NCBI RefSeq assembly: GCF_028641065.1
Contig: NC_073408.1
Span: 13,516,001-13,580,000 of the forward strand
Direction of reading: 5' to 3'
Source of the DNA: Leucoraja erinacea
Taxonomy: Eukaryota
DNA length: 64,000 nucleotides
Shown: positions 11,974 through 24,294 of the stretch, in pieces
Layout of the letters: every line of letters begins with the position of its first letter
Numbering within the stretch: the stretch's first letter is position 1
Position numbers and translations under genes: made by a program
Notes under the pieces: model-generated
What the model saw: the letters and a program-made list of their open reading frames with translations, nothing else
Databases searched by the model: none
What the model was told of the DNA's origin: nothing

Positions 11974-12234
11974 TTATAAACATACTTGACTAAATTTATA
12001 TATAGAAATTGCTGCTTTGTGTTGATATCCTTAATAATATGGATTGGCAATTGTGTTTCCGAACTTACATTCTCCAGCTTTGCCCTGATCTTCTCCCAAT
12101 TACAGCAGGAGAATGGAGGTTTCCCATGGAAATTCCATTTTGGGTGTTTCGACAGAGGAATATTAATCAAATGAAAGCACATTGGGTTGAGCGATCATGA
12201 ACATTTGTTTGAAACAAGACAGTTTGATGACCGA

Positions 12235-12355
12235 AAGGACATAAAGTTGTGGAGTAACGCAGCAGGTCAAGCAGCATCTCTGGAGAACAGGAATAGATGC
12301 TGTTTCAGTCCTTCAGACTGATTCTTTGTGTTTTTTGTGTTCCTTGTTTCTACAG
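12235..12355. mobile_element. Decayed pLTR copy (minus strand) with plus-strand tail
   Basis: ggagtaacgcagcaggtcaagcagcatctctggagaac...cttcagactga then gttccttgtttctaca. Confidence 0.6.
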
Positions 12356-12802
12356 TGTGATAACCAATGCCATTGTGTTTGGCATGTCAAGTTATTACTT
12401 AAATAATTTTGAAAGGAAAAAATAAAATTGAAAATTCATATGAGTAAATTCTAAAAATCAACATTTCTCACGTATAGTAAATACTATGCTGCTTTGTTTT
12501 GTTTTTCCTGAGAGTTTGGCATTGAACGCAAGATGTAAAAGCAAATACCTAAAGCATTGATGTTTCTTCCTCATAAATGTTGGGTTGTTTCCTTATGTGC
12601 CCTATTAAATTTAAATTATTTATTGAGAAATACGCTTTACTCCCACAAAACACAGTTGGAGGGATGGCAGCTGAAATGTTATCATTGCTGGGGATCGTGA
12701 ACCAAGCTTCACATTCAGAGATCAACAAACGGGTAGTCTCAGATAATGGAGTTGGACATGAACAGAGTTGGTTCTCATCTGTAATATTCAAGATATCAGC
12801 CA

Positions 12803-13106
12803 TTTTAGTTTAGTTTAGTTTAGAGGTACAGCGTGGAAACAGGCCCTTCGGTCCACACTGACCCGCGATCCTCGCACATTAACACCACACTACACACACA
12901 ATATGGACAATTTTGCATTTTACACCAAGCCAATTAACCTACAACCCCGTATGTCTTTGTAGTGTGGGAGGAAACCGAACCAGAGAAAACACACGCTGTT
13001 GAAGGGGAGAATGTACAAACACTGTACAAACAAGCACCCATAGTCAGGATGGAACCCGGGTCTCTGTCATTGTGAGGCAGTAGCTCTACCGCTACGCCAC
13101 CGTGCC
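12803..13106 (-). mobile_element. HE1-type SINE
   Basis: (tttag)n tail, gaaacaggcccttcgg, head ctctaccgctacgccaccgtgcc. Confidence 0.9.
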
Positions 13107-13954
13107 TTCCTTTCTTCCATTCTTCTATAAGATTTTCTTCCATAAGAAGCATTCCAAACTAAAATACACTGATTGGATTCTCATTGAATTCATCATTCTC
13201 CTATCATTTAAATTCTGTAACTTGTACAGTATTTCATTAAAATAATGAAGAGAGAGAAGAAATCTATTGCACAGAGAAGGAAGCTATTGCATGTTGACCT
13301 AAAGTGTTTTAAAAGTAAATTACCTGATATTTGCATATTATTCATTTGCAGGAAAAACAATCCTGTGATTCAGACATGGAAATAATTTAAAATCAAGGGC
13401 ACACCTTAGGCCAGTTAGCCTATTAATTTATGCAGACACTGCAGCAATGTAACTAATTTGACTTGTGTGACATCTAACTTTTTCTAACAATATTGTGTTG
13501 CTGCTCAATTTTAACTTAAACTGATTTTTAAGTTAAAATTGGGGGGGATGTGGGGGAGAAAGGGTAGGGGAAGGGCAGGTTTATTAAAGATTATTTAAAA
13601 TTGGAGATATCACTCTTCACTGTTGTAACATACCAAGCTAAACCAAGATTATCAATTGTCCCCTGGAAAATAATGGAGGCTTGGCTCTCCTACATTAATT
13701 CAGTGTGTAACAGGAGCTCTCCGGTATATCGATGCCATCTAAATATTATTTGTTAAACTATCTGAAGCAATTGTTAGTAGATCGTGAATGTATTTTTATA
13801 TTGCAACAATCCCAGATAAAATATCAGCACAAATTCAGAACAATGGCACTGTACCCAGCAAAGATTAAAATGTGTTCCTTTTCTTCAACTTGTCTCTTCA
13901 TTCTTGGGGATATACACACTTAGTGATAAACATTCACTAAATTAGAATAAAAAA

Positions 13955-14080
13955 GAGAAAATGCTGGAAATACTCAGAAGGTCATGCAGCATTTGTGGAG
14001 AGATCACCAACCTGAAATGCTAATCTCCACAGATACACCCTGACCCTTTGAGCTGTTTCAGCATTTCCTATTTTTTATTA
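13955..14080. mobile_element. Old inverted pLTR-like dimer
   Basis: aaatgctggaaatactcag...gcagcatttgtggag / ctccacagatac...gagctgtttcagcatt. Confidence 0.5.
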
Positions 14081-14485
14081 CAGATTGTTTTTTTGTATTT
14101 CATTCATTAAAGCACAGTGACTCAAACAGTAGCTTGTTTAAGGTTTCCATTCCCTTGCACTGCTTTTATCTGTGTCCATTGCTGCTGACCTGATAATCCC
14201 ACCTTCCACCTCAGTACTTCTGATCTGCATTCTCTTTTACTTAGCTATTTCCTCCCTTACCACTCTACAACCACCCCCTTCCACCCCCCATCTACCATTT
14301 CCAGGGGTTTCAGTGAAGTCCATTTCATTTGTTGCACCTCTGCTCTCAACACCTTCACCCCCATTTCTGGCACATCCAGTATGATATTGCTAATAATTAC
14401 ATCCCCTCATTCAAAATGATTAATTTATCTGTCATTCTGTGGCTCATTTCTAAGAGGCAATCCATACCAGCTCTGCTTCCAATGG

Positions 14486-14581
14486 AAAGTCTGAAGAAGG
14501 GTCTTGACCCGAAACGTTACCCATTCCTCTCCAGAGATGCTGCCTGTCCCACTGAGTTACTCCAGCTTTTTGCTTCTATCT
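14486..14581 (+). mobile_element. Solo pLTR mini-element with intact hammerhead motif (14491-14518)
   Basis: TSD tctgcttcc(a/t)atgg at 14472-14485 and 14582-14595; CUGAAGA-A-GGGU(CUUG)ACCC-GAAAC-GUU. Confidence 0.85.
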
Positions 14582-17209
14582 TCTGCTTCCTATGGGACTG
14601 GACGATAGAATAGTGCCTTTTATTTCCTCCCTTCCCTTGATCCAAAGATCCAGACACTCTTTCCAGATAAAATACTGATTTTCATGTGCCTCCTTCAATC
14701 TACGTTACTGTATTTGATCCTAATGTGGTCACCTTTACAATGGGAAGATCAAGAGCAGATTCAGTCGCTACTTTTTTTCGACGCTATTCAGTCTCCAAGC
14801 ATAAACTTGACCATTGTCGTCTCGGCTAATTGTCTCACTCTGACTCGACTCCTACACTTGACTTAGTTGCAACTTCTCCACATTCAAAATGCATTCCTGG
14901 CTGCACTACCATTAATTTTCCCTTTCATTGTCATCCTTTTCATTCATTAATCTCCCTGCCCTTCTCTTTATCCCTGTCATTCTCTATTGTTCATACCTTC
15001 ACTTCTCGTAATTTTTTGCATTTAGTTTAACTAACATTTTACAACTTTGATGAAAGGTCACAGACCTGGTATATGAATCCTATTTCTCTTTACTGCTACA
15101 ACCCAGCCTGCAGAGTTTGTGCATTATTTTTGCTTGAATTTCAGATGTCCAGCATTCTCAGCACAGTGCCTTTGAACCCAGGCTTTAGTGACTTACAAAG
15201 GGAATTATGTGTGTGAAATTTAAGAATCTAATAGCTGAGACTCTACTATCCTGTTGAGAATTCTGATTTGTGCCAAGAAGTAGTTTGCTGCTTTCTGTTA
15301 CAAAACTACAAGATAAACTTATCCATCCAATTTTGTGTAGCAAAACAAAAATACACAAGGAATAGACTGAATGCCATAACAATCATAGTTCTGTAACTGC
15401 ACAGCACTCATTTCCCCTTCTTAATTTTTAACAGTGAAATTTTGTCTTGAACTTCAGCCACAGCAATCATAAAGTGTTGACCTGAAAGGGATTATTATAA
15501 CCTGAGGACCCATTCTTCAGAGCAAGTTAAGTGGAGAGAGATTGCTAGTAAGGTTCATGAGGCAGGGCTGGGTGGAGTGAAAGACAATTGAAGCACAAGT
15601 GTCTTGGTCACATTTTAAGTCTAAACTCTGTTAAAGTTAATAGATCCCAGAGACTTCAAATGGATGCACAAACATAATTGAAGTCAGTGCTTGAAGGACC
15701 AGCATCATTAATTTCTTTGCTAAATAGAATTCATTTCAAGTATGGCTGGTAATTTTGAGTAGACGAGTTTTTTTTTAAATTTGTCAACATTGCCAACATA
15801 CATTGTGTGTGTGAACTTGCTATTTTGCTCAAGCATCAAATAATCTTTTGTGCCTTGTTACTGTGCATTATTTACTCAGTGAAAGCACGAGCAGTAGGGT
15901 TTCCAAGAAGTTGGAAGAGAGACAATGAATTCATAAGGTTTGAGAAATGTTAAAGTTTGAGTTCCCAGCAAAACATTATGCGAAGAAGTTCGAATGTAGA
16001 ACCAGTCAATCCTTTGATTGTGGTCTTTCAGTTGACTAGGAACAAAAACATAATCTGTCGAGTAGGTGTGGGGATCATAATGTATGAATGAATCATGCCT
16101 GATTTCAATGAAAGCTGTAGACTTGTTTTGTGCTTTTTATTCATTGTAAAAAATTGTGCATGCAGCCAGTGACAACAATGTAGCTGGCTGCACACACCAT
16201 CAGGGTCTGAATAGTGCAATGCACCAATTAAAGCCTGGGGATTCTTCTCAGCTATCCCATGGAGTTGAGGATGACTTGCCACTGTTCTAGTTCTGAGGAA
16301 TCTTAATCCCGTAGAAAGTCTGCAGATTATGTTCCAGGTGGGGCAAATGGCGTTTCATGGGCCCAGCGGATTGAATGTTTGTTTTATTGCACAAGCTTGT
16401 GCTTGGCCTTCAGGTGATCATCCCACAAAGACGCAACTCTTGACTTTCCCAGATACTTCCCCACTGGTTTGATCACTGTTGCTCTGAGGATTTCTGTGCA
16501 TTCCTGAGGGAAAGAGAAACCATGGGTTTCCCGTCTGTCAGCGATTGGCAGTGGCGATTCACAATTTAACTGTGGTGAGTTGGAGAGATGTTCCTTAATC
16601 AAACAGAACTAGGAGACTCCAAATACACTCAGCAGCATGAGAGCATATAATTCTGGAAGTCAACAACAGACCTTCAGTGTATAGCGGGCTAAAGTCAGAA
16701 TAAAATTGCTCTACAATCTTGCACCATTCTGCTGTTTTGCACTCATTGTCATATTTATTGGTGCATTCGTCATTATTGTATGCATTACTCTGTGAACTTT
16801 ATGTGAACAAATAATTTCACCGCACCTAACTGGTGTATAGGCCAATAAACTGAATTCACCACAATCCACTCACTCACCTTCAACAATTGTTTAGGACTAT
16901 CACCGGACTACATATGTGACAGTTCATGCTCAAACAATGAGAACCGCACCATACAGATCTCACTGCTTGAACCTACTGCCAACTAATGAAATGTGACAGA
17001 TACATCATCCAAGTAGATTAATCAACTTATTCTTGTAACTGTGCCCTGCAACTTGCCCAAGGCATTATTTGAAACCAAACCATTTTCGGCAGCTTCATCA
17101 GTGACTTTCTCTCCATTATAAAGTCAGAAATGGGGTGATTATTGCTTATTGTTACGTCTTATCAATCAGTGTTTAAACACCGTAACCTGATCATCGAAGC
17201 TCATTAAGC

Positions 17210-17745
17210 TTTAGGGTTAGGTTTTGAAAAGCTTTGTTTTGCATGATATCCAAACAGACTAGACATACCATGCATGCATACAAACATACAAGCAAGTCAA
17301 ACCTATGTACAATAGATAGAGCAAAGGGGAAAGTACAGAGTGCAGAATATAGTTCTCAGTATTTAATGCATTGTAACACATCAGTTCCATAGACCGAGTC
17401 CAATTTCCACAATGGGGTAGTGCTGAACCGGATAGTAACCCCGTTTATAGAAAGAAGCCTGATAACAGAGGGGAACATGCTGTTCTTCAGTCTAGTGATG
17501 CGTTCTTTCAAGCTTCTGTACCTCCTGCTGGGTGGGAACAGGGAGAAGAAGGAATGACCGGGCTGGGACAGGTCTGATTATGTTGGCTGATTTTCTGAGG
17601 CAGCAGGAAGTTAACAGTGAGAAAGGTCTGTTCTGTGTGATGAACTGGGCCACATCAACAACTTTCACTAATTTCTTGCGGTCTTTGGCAGAGCTCTTCC
17701 CAAACCAAGCTATGATGCTCCCCGACAGTGTGCTTTCCATGGTGA
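17210..17745 (-). mobile_element. Rex1/Babar-like LINE 3' fragment
   Basis: ORF 17492-17740 ESTLSGSIIAWFGKSSAKDRKKLVKVV..AQFIT is a typical Rex1 post-RT region; homologous to 9051-9918. Confidence 0.75.
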
Positions 17746-17770
17746 ACTACACCTCTAAACATGGACCAAG

Positions 17771-17865
17771 GATGAAGAAGGGTCTCGACCCAAAACATCA
17801 CTCGTTCATTCTCTCCAGAGATGCTGCCTGTCCCGCTGTTTCTCCAGCTTTTTGTGTCTTTCAAA
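17771..17865 (+). mobile_element. Solo pLTR mini-element (decayed hammerhead)
   Basis: TSD ggaccaag at 17763-17770 and 17866-17873; tgaagaagggtctcgacccaaaacatc. Confidence 0.8.
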
Positions 17866-18309
17866 GGACCAAGAAGCTGAATGGTGAGGGGAGATATGAC
17901 CTTGATATCAGAGCAGCAATTCATTGAGTGTGGCATCAGGAGCTCTGGTAAAACTGAAGTCAATAGAGAAATGCTCCTCTGGTTTGTGTCACACCCCATC
18001 AGATGAAGATGTTCATGATGGGAGTCCATAACCACTGCCCCAGAACATTCCCATAGAGTGCATCTGACCTCCCACTCTGCCCGTGGACTACTGGAGAAGC
18101 ATGGGCACTGGTTGCACAATGTCAAGAGCTGAGAAGCCGAAGGCACACTCCATCCAGCCCCTTAGTTTTATGCCAGCCTAATCCCATTCATATGCATTGA
18201 GTTGCCTAGCTTCATTATACATATGTGAAAATAGGGTAGCTTTAAAAAAATGCTGTTCCATAATTTTAACTTAAATAGGATTAATATGTTTTAAGAGATG
18301 TACAGTATT

Positions 18310-19848
18310 CATAGAATAAGTAAAAAACATTTATGCAAGTCAAAGATAAATGGAGGTTTGGCTTTGCCAAATTTCTTGTTTTATTTCTGGGCAGTCCATA
18401 TTAAAAACATGAATTTCTGGCTGGAAGAAATGGATCAACAACCAGATTGGTTAAGGATGGAAAAGGAAGACTGTTTACCTTTTGAAATTGGTCCGATTAT
18501 ATTTGCTCCCACAAAACTGTACAAATTTATAAGCCTATAAGGAAAACCCCATAATACGTAGTGGAATACGAATTTGGAAACAATTAAACAAAGCTTTAAA
18601 ATGAAATAATATACCACTATGCCTTCCCATTGTAAATAATCCTTTATTCAAGCCATCCTTATTGGATAAAGGTTTCACACAATGGAAAAATTATGGAATT
18701 AAAAAGATTGGACATCTTTATGGGAAAGGCATTTTTCTTTCATTTCAAGTTACAACAGAATCATGGACTGCACTCAAATAATTTATTCAGATATCTACAA
18801 ATTAGAGATTATGTTAAATCTAATACACAAGTTTACAGGACTAGGGAACCAGAAATCCTTGATGAATGTTTGAACAAGCATCCTAACACTGAAAAATTAA
18901 TAGCTTATATAACACCCTCCTAAACAACGAGGTACCACCGATGGAACCATATAGATACACATGGGAAAATTAATTAGGTCATCCTATAACGAAAGATATG
19001 TGGGATGAAAGTTTACACCATATACATCAATGCTCGTTAAATGCCAGACATGCTTTAATACAATTTAAAGTCTTACACAGATTACACTACTCCAAAATAA
19101 AACTAAATAGAATCTTCCCACATATCTCTCCTATATGTGATAAATGTCTACATCTAGAGGCCAATTTAACACATACGTTTGCAAATTGTACAAAAATTAA
19201 ACATTTCTGGACTGATATTTTTGAAATAATTTCAGAAGTTATTAATACTAAACTGGATCCAGACTCAAAATTAATAATACTTGGAATATCAGAACAAAGT
19301 TTAACACTCACAACAAGCCAAATAAATTTCCTCGACTACAGTACAATAACCGGGAAAAAAATAATATTAACATTTTGGAAAGGCCCTATAACCCCTACAA
19401 TTAAAGTGTGGATTATGGAAATGTCGGAGACCCTATATCTAGAAAGAATTAGACTTGTCTTAATGGACAAACAAGAACTTTTAATAAAATATGGGCTCCA
19501 TTCATTAATTATCTGAAGGGATAGACTGGTCCAGCACGAAAACCCAACTGAAACGAATTGGGAGTAGATGAAAAGTTATACTTTATAATCTACAAACCTA
19601 TCTCCAATGACGTATTATAATAATCCATTCCACCTTTTCTGTTTTTTTTTTAATATTTGTAACTCTTTTTTCTCTCTTTCTCTCTTTTTCTATCTATATA
19701 AAAAAAAAAAACTAGAAGCAGAAATATTCGACAATTGAAAATGTTAATAATGTATGACTGATGTATATGAAAAGTTTGTTTTACTATAATATGTAACTAT
19801 ACTTTATAATGTGTCTACTACTAATAAAAATATTATTAATTTAAAAAA
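18310..19848 (+). mobile_element. 5'-truncated L1-clade LINE (ORF2 C-terminus pseudogene, 3' UTR, poly-A)
   Basis: RISKKHLCKSKINGGLALPNFLFYFWA and CCHC knuckle CDKC..EANLTHTFANC; frameshifts; aataaa and poly-A; 17-bp TSD aagagatgtacagtatt at 18293-18309 and 19849-19865. Confidence 0.92.
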
Positions 19849-19989
19849 AAGAGATGTACAGTATTTTATTTCTGATTTTACAAATTTATTTAATTTGTAA
19901 AAATTAATTTAATATCATATTTAATTTATGATTTTGAATCAATATTTAACATATTTTAATTTATAATTTTCTGCGACATGGAAGGACAG

Positions 19990-20310
19990 TGGAAAAGGCC
20001 TTTGACAGTAGCCGCAGTCAGTTTACCATCAGGACGGTTGCTGAGCAGGGTCTCAGGATCTCCACCGGTGATCCATTTGTTACTGAAGGCTGGGAGGATG
20101 TTAAGGGGGTCCAACACGAAGTACAAGTTCAGTCCATAGTGATCCTATCCATGACATTACTTTGTGCTTTTGACCCTGATGTCTTGGGGGGGGTTGGGCA
20201 GGAGGGGTCAACTGTGAGCAAAATGTCACCAGAGTATGTTGCATGAAACTGTGTCCACAAGAGTAAATTGGACATCAATGAGCAACTTACCTCCTGCATT
20301 GCCAAAGCCC
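19990..20310 (+). pseudogene. Highly decayed RTE-like reverse transcriptase relic
   Basis: EKAFDS..FTIRTVAEQG and DINEQLTSCIAKA resemble non-LTR RT motifs. Confidence 0.4.
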
Positions 20311-20319
20311 TTCTTCAAT

Positions 20320-20478
20320 CAACAAGGCACAAGTCAGAAACATGATGGAACAGCCTCCACTTGCTTGGATGAGTGCAGCTCTAACAAGACATAAGTCACA
20401 CAACACCATCTAAGATACATCTGCGTCATTGCTTGATACCCCATTCACTAACCTAACAAGTTACTCTCCAATTTCTCG
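20320..20478 (+). mobile_element. Old CR1-group (L2/Crack-like) LINE fragment
   Basis: Translates to KAQVRNMMEQPPLAWMSAA, resembling the post-RT region; related 3' sequence at 63875-63975. Confidence 0.55.
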
Positions 20479-20493
20479 TGCACCATGACTATT

Positions 20494-20617
20494 CTGAAGA
20501 AGGGCCCGACCCAAAATGGCACCCATCTGTGTTCTCCAGAGATGCTGCTTGACTCGTTGAATTACTCTATCACTTTGCATTCTTTTGCGTTAACTAGCAT
20601 CTGCAATTCCTTGTTTC
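20494..20617 (+). mobile_element. Solo pLTR mini-element starting exactly at CUGA
   Basis: Degenerate 15-bp TSD tgcac(c/t)atg(a/g)ctatt at 20479-20493 and 20618-20632. Confidence 0.75.
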
Positions 20618-21034
20618 TGCACTATGGCTATTGTCTACCATCAACAACATGCACTGCAATTTCTCCCTTGGCAAAACTGACGACATCTCCCAAATCCATG
20701 ATACCCTTACCCAAAAAGGATAATGGAGCAAAGACATTTTGCACCAAAACCACTACTTCTAGTGCAGCATATGGGCAGAAATCTTCTTCGTTGTATCAAA
20801 ATATTGGAATTTTATCCTGGTTTTATTATGATTTAAATTCCATAACATGGTATCTTGCGTGTAAGTTTAAGAACACTTTGTAACCAATAAAATACTTTTA
20901 GGGTGGATTTTATTATTGTGATATTAGCCAAATAGTGGACATCAAACTCCCGCAAACTGATAATTGCCAGATAATCTGGTTTTGTAATGGTGATTTAATG
21001 GTGATTTAGGAATAAATGAGATGTCAGGATAATA

Positions 21035-21625
21035 TAGAGACAAGGTACTGCAGATGCTGTTTACAAAAAAAATGACACATAGAAACATAGAAAATAGATG
21101 CAGGAGTAGGCCATTCAGCCCCTCGAGCCTGCACCACCATTCAATATGATCATGGCTGATCATCCAACTCGGTATCCTGTACCTACTTTCTCTCCATACC
21201 CCCTGATCCCTTTAGCCACAAGGGCCACATCTAACTCCCTCTTAAATATAGCCAACAAACTGGCCTCAACTACCTTCTGTGGCAGAGAATTCCAGATATT
21301 CTCCACTCTCTGTGTGAAAAATGTTTTTCTCATCTTGGTCCTAAAAGATTTCCCCCTTATCCTTAAACTGTGACCCCTTGTTCTGGACTTCCCCAACATC
21401 GGGAATAATCTTCCTGCATCTAGCCTGTCCAACCCCTTAAGAATTTTGTAAGTTTCTATAAGATCCCCCCACATAGTGCTGGAGTAACTCAGCAGGACAG
21501 GCAGCATCTCTGGAGACTATGGACAGGTGACCGTTTTGCGTCGGGAAGAAGAGTCCCAATCTGAAACATCATGTTCTCCAGGGATGCTGCCTGACCTGCT
21601 GGCTTATTCCGGTACTTTGTATCGA
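21035..21625. mobile_element. Inverted pLTR dimer split by a CR1 insertion
   Basis: pLTR halves 21035-21082 and 21470-21625 rejoin at cacatag. Confidence 0.7.
21083..21469 (-). mobile_element. Young CR1/HER1 LINE 3' end
   Basis: GDLIETYKILKGLDRLD...TRGHSLRI...FFTQRVENIWNSLPQKVVEA; TSD cacatag at 21076-21082 and 21470-21476. Confidence 0.92.
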
Positions 21626-21758
21626 TTTTTCATCCCAGGAAAAGATTAGGAGGAGCAAATAGGAAATTTACTCTGTCGGCTGATTGCCCTGAGTTTCTAC
21701 TGTTAAAAATGAGGGAAATCAACTGGGAGATTTAAGAAATAATCACTCACTTCTACCT

Positions 21759-21857
21759 GTGTAGGAAGGAATTGCAGATGTTGATTTTAAACTGAAGATA
21801 GACACAAAAAGCTGGAGTAACTCAGCGGGTCAGGCAGCACCTCTGGATAGAAGGAAT
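21759..21857 (-). mobile_element. Solo pLTR mini-element lacking the hammerhead
   Basis: TSD tcacttctacct at 21747-21758 and 21858-21869. Confidence 0.85.
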
Positions 21858-22919
21858 TCACTTCTACCTACTTGAGTGCCTGCCAATTAACAGATGGAGG
21901 GGATTATTGAATCTTCTATTTTACTGGAAGTTCTCGTGGTGAGTATTTGTGTTAACCCTAAAATGCAAAAAGCTGGCTTTAACTATCGACAAAATTAATG
22001 AAGAAGTGGATTTTTTTCCAGCCATTGATCAATTTACTTTAAATCAATGCCATTATCTGAAGCAACTTTAAAAAAAGGTTTTGCAAAATTTTAAATCATC
22101 TCGCTACAGATTAAGTTCCGGCAGTAAATTGCTGCGTGTTATTTTGCCAATTAGAATTTAGCCTGGGTGATTGACAGGTTTGACCTTCAAACATGGTTTT
22201 CAGTCTCCGAGCTCGTCGATTCTGGTGGATTGTACACAAGCATCTATTATTGTTTGATTAATTATACATGGTGGATCGCAACAATGGTAATTTGTGATGA
22301 AGCAAAGGTTAAACTCTGCATCAAACTATCAGATGTTCTGTGCAACACCAGAGAGTGGTTTCATTTCCTAAACCAAGCTTCCGATGATTCAGCATGAATA
22401 CAACACTCCCAGTATACAGATGCTCCAATCAGCATTCAGTCAAGGTGCTTGAATTTCAAAGGACGGTAAATTGGCATTTAAAATTCTTTGTCGTGTGGAA
22501 TTAGTTGAATTCATTTCGAAGAACACTCTTAAATAAAAATGGGCACGCAACATTCATCTTTTTTTTCTCCAGGGAGAAAAAATGATTATCCTTTCCTATT
22601 TAGCTGAAGCTCAAGACAACCTGTTAGAGTTGGACTGATTGTAGCTATTGTGGAGAACAGCTCTGAAATCATGCTCTTATTATTGTGTGAAGATGGCAGG
22701 TTAGAAAAGCAGAACAAAAAAATGCAGGTTGCATTGTGTCGGTCGTGCCCTGGAATATAGAGTTGTCTTTCAGTTGTCTTTCAGGCAGAGTCACCAATTG
22801 TTAAAGGTAGCTGGTGGTCTCTGCGACTTGTAATGTCCCCTATAAGTCCGACGCATCAGCAGTACATTGCTGATTCAGAATCCTGGACCTCCATATCCAA
22901 CAACATTGTGGGAGTGCTT

Positions 22920-23304
22920 ATAGAAACATAGAAAATAGGTCCAGGAGTAGGCCATTCGGCCCTTCGAGCCTGCACCGCCATTCAATATGATCAGGGCTGA
23001 TCATCCAACTCAGTATCCTGTACCTGCCTTCTCTCCATACCCCCTGATCCCTTTAGCCACAAGGGCCACATCTAACTCCCTCTTAAATATAGCCAATGAA
23101 CTGGCCTCAACTACCTTCTGTGGCAGAGAATTCCAGAGATTCACCACTCTCTGTGTGAAAAATGTTTTTCTCTCTCGGTCCTAAAAGATTTCCCCCTTAT
23201 CCTTAAACTGTGACCCTTTGTTCTGGGCTTCCCCAACATCGGGAACAATCTTCCTGCATCAAGCCTGTCCAACCCCTTAAGAATTTTGTAAGTTTCTATA
23301 AGAT
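22920..23304 (-). mobile_element. Young CR1/HER1 LINE 3' end
   Basis: Highly similar to 21083-21469 over its full length. Confidence 0.92.
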
Positions 23305-23409
23305 TCTATTATATAGAATTAACTGTAGTGCTTCTGTAACAAGTGACCATTACTTTCTGAAGACCCATTAAAGTTGGGAAATACAGTCATAAAGTCAAGG
23401 AGGGATGCA

Positions 23410-23655
23410 TCATGAACAGGCCCCATGGCTCATCGAACCTATGCCGTCCATCAGCCATGCATTTACACCAAACCTACATTAATCCCATGTTTTTTATTCT
23501 CTCTTTTTTCTCAACTACACCCACCTCCTTCTCACCCAGCATCCAGAATCCACCACTTACCTCCCCAATTAGAGTAGCTTACAACCGCCAATTCACCTAC
23601 CAACTCACAGGTCTTTGTATGTGGGAGGAAATCCGTCTGGTCATAGAGACAACAG
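23410..23655 (-). mobile_element. Decayed HE1-type SINE
   Basis: aacaggcccc...ttcacctaccaac...gtctttgtatgtgggaggaaa. Confidence 0.6.
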
Positions 23656-23769
23656 GCTAACATCACATGGATAAAATGTTGCTCATATCCTCTGAATGAA
23701 AATAAACCAATGGCCTATCTGCCATCTCATGCGGATATAATTGGCTTTACTTTGAGGAGGCATCATATT

Positions 23770-23921
23770 TCTTTCATCATAAGCAGCAGATTACCTGCAG
23801 ATTATCACATTGCTGCTTGTGAGATCTTGTTGCATGTAAATTGGCTGCCGTGTTTTCTCTCTTGCATTTATGGACTGACTTTCAATGCACTAGCTATTGT
23901 AAAATGTTTTGTGATGCGTTG
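23770..23921 (+). mobile_element. DeuSINE (SacSINE1/AmnSINE1-like) Deu-domain relic
   Basis: attatcacattgctgcttgtgagatcttgttgcatgtaaattggctgccgtgttt closely resembles the Deu-domain consensus as recalled. Confidence 0.65.
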
Positions 23922-24228
23922 AGGATGGCACAGTGGAACAGCTGACAGAGCTCCAGCCACATAGCAATAGACAGCTGCTTTCAATCCTGATGGTTGGTGT
24001 TTGTGTGGAATTTGGATGTTCCCTCGGTAACGATTTGTGTTTCCTCCGAGTGGTCTGGTTTTGTATGGGTTGGTAGGTTAATTGTCTTCTGTAACATTGC
24101 CCCTAATGTGCCAATGGTGGATGAGAAAGTGGGATAACATAGAACTAGTGTGGACGGGTGATCAATGGTCAGCATGGACTCTATGGGTCGAAGGGCCCTC
24201 CTGTATCTCAAACTTAACAAAACTAAAC
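23922..24228 (+). mobile_element. HE1-type SINE (diverged head)
   Basis: Body and tail atgggtcgaagggcc...ctgtatctcaaact. Confidence 0.75.
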
Positions 24229-24294
24229 ATAGAAGATGCCACATGAATGCATGTTTCCCTCTTTCTTTTTAAGTGACCAAACACTGTAATCTTA

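Noticed and set aside
17211-17221. Interstitial telomere repeat ttagggttagg
   Set aside because: Fewer than two full units and located at a Rex1 tail
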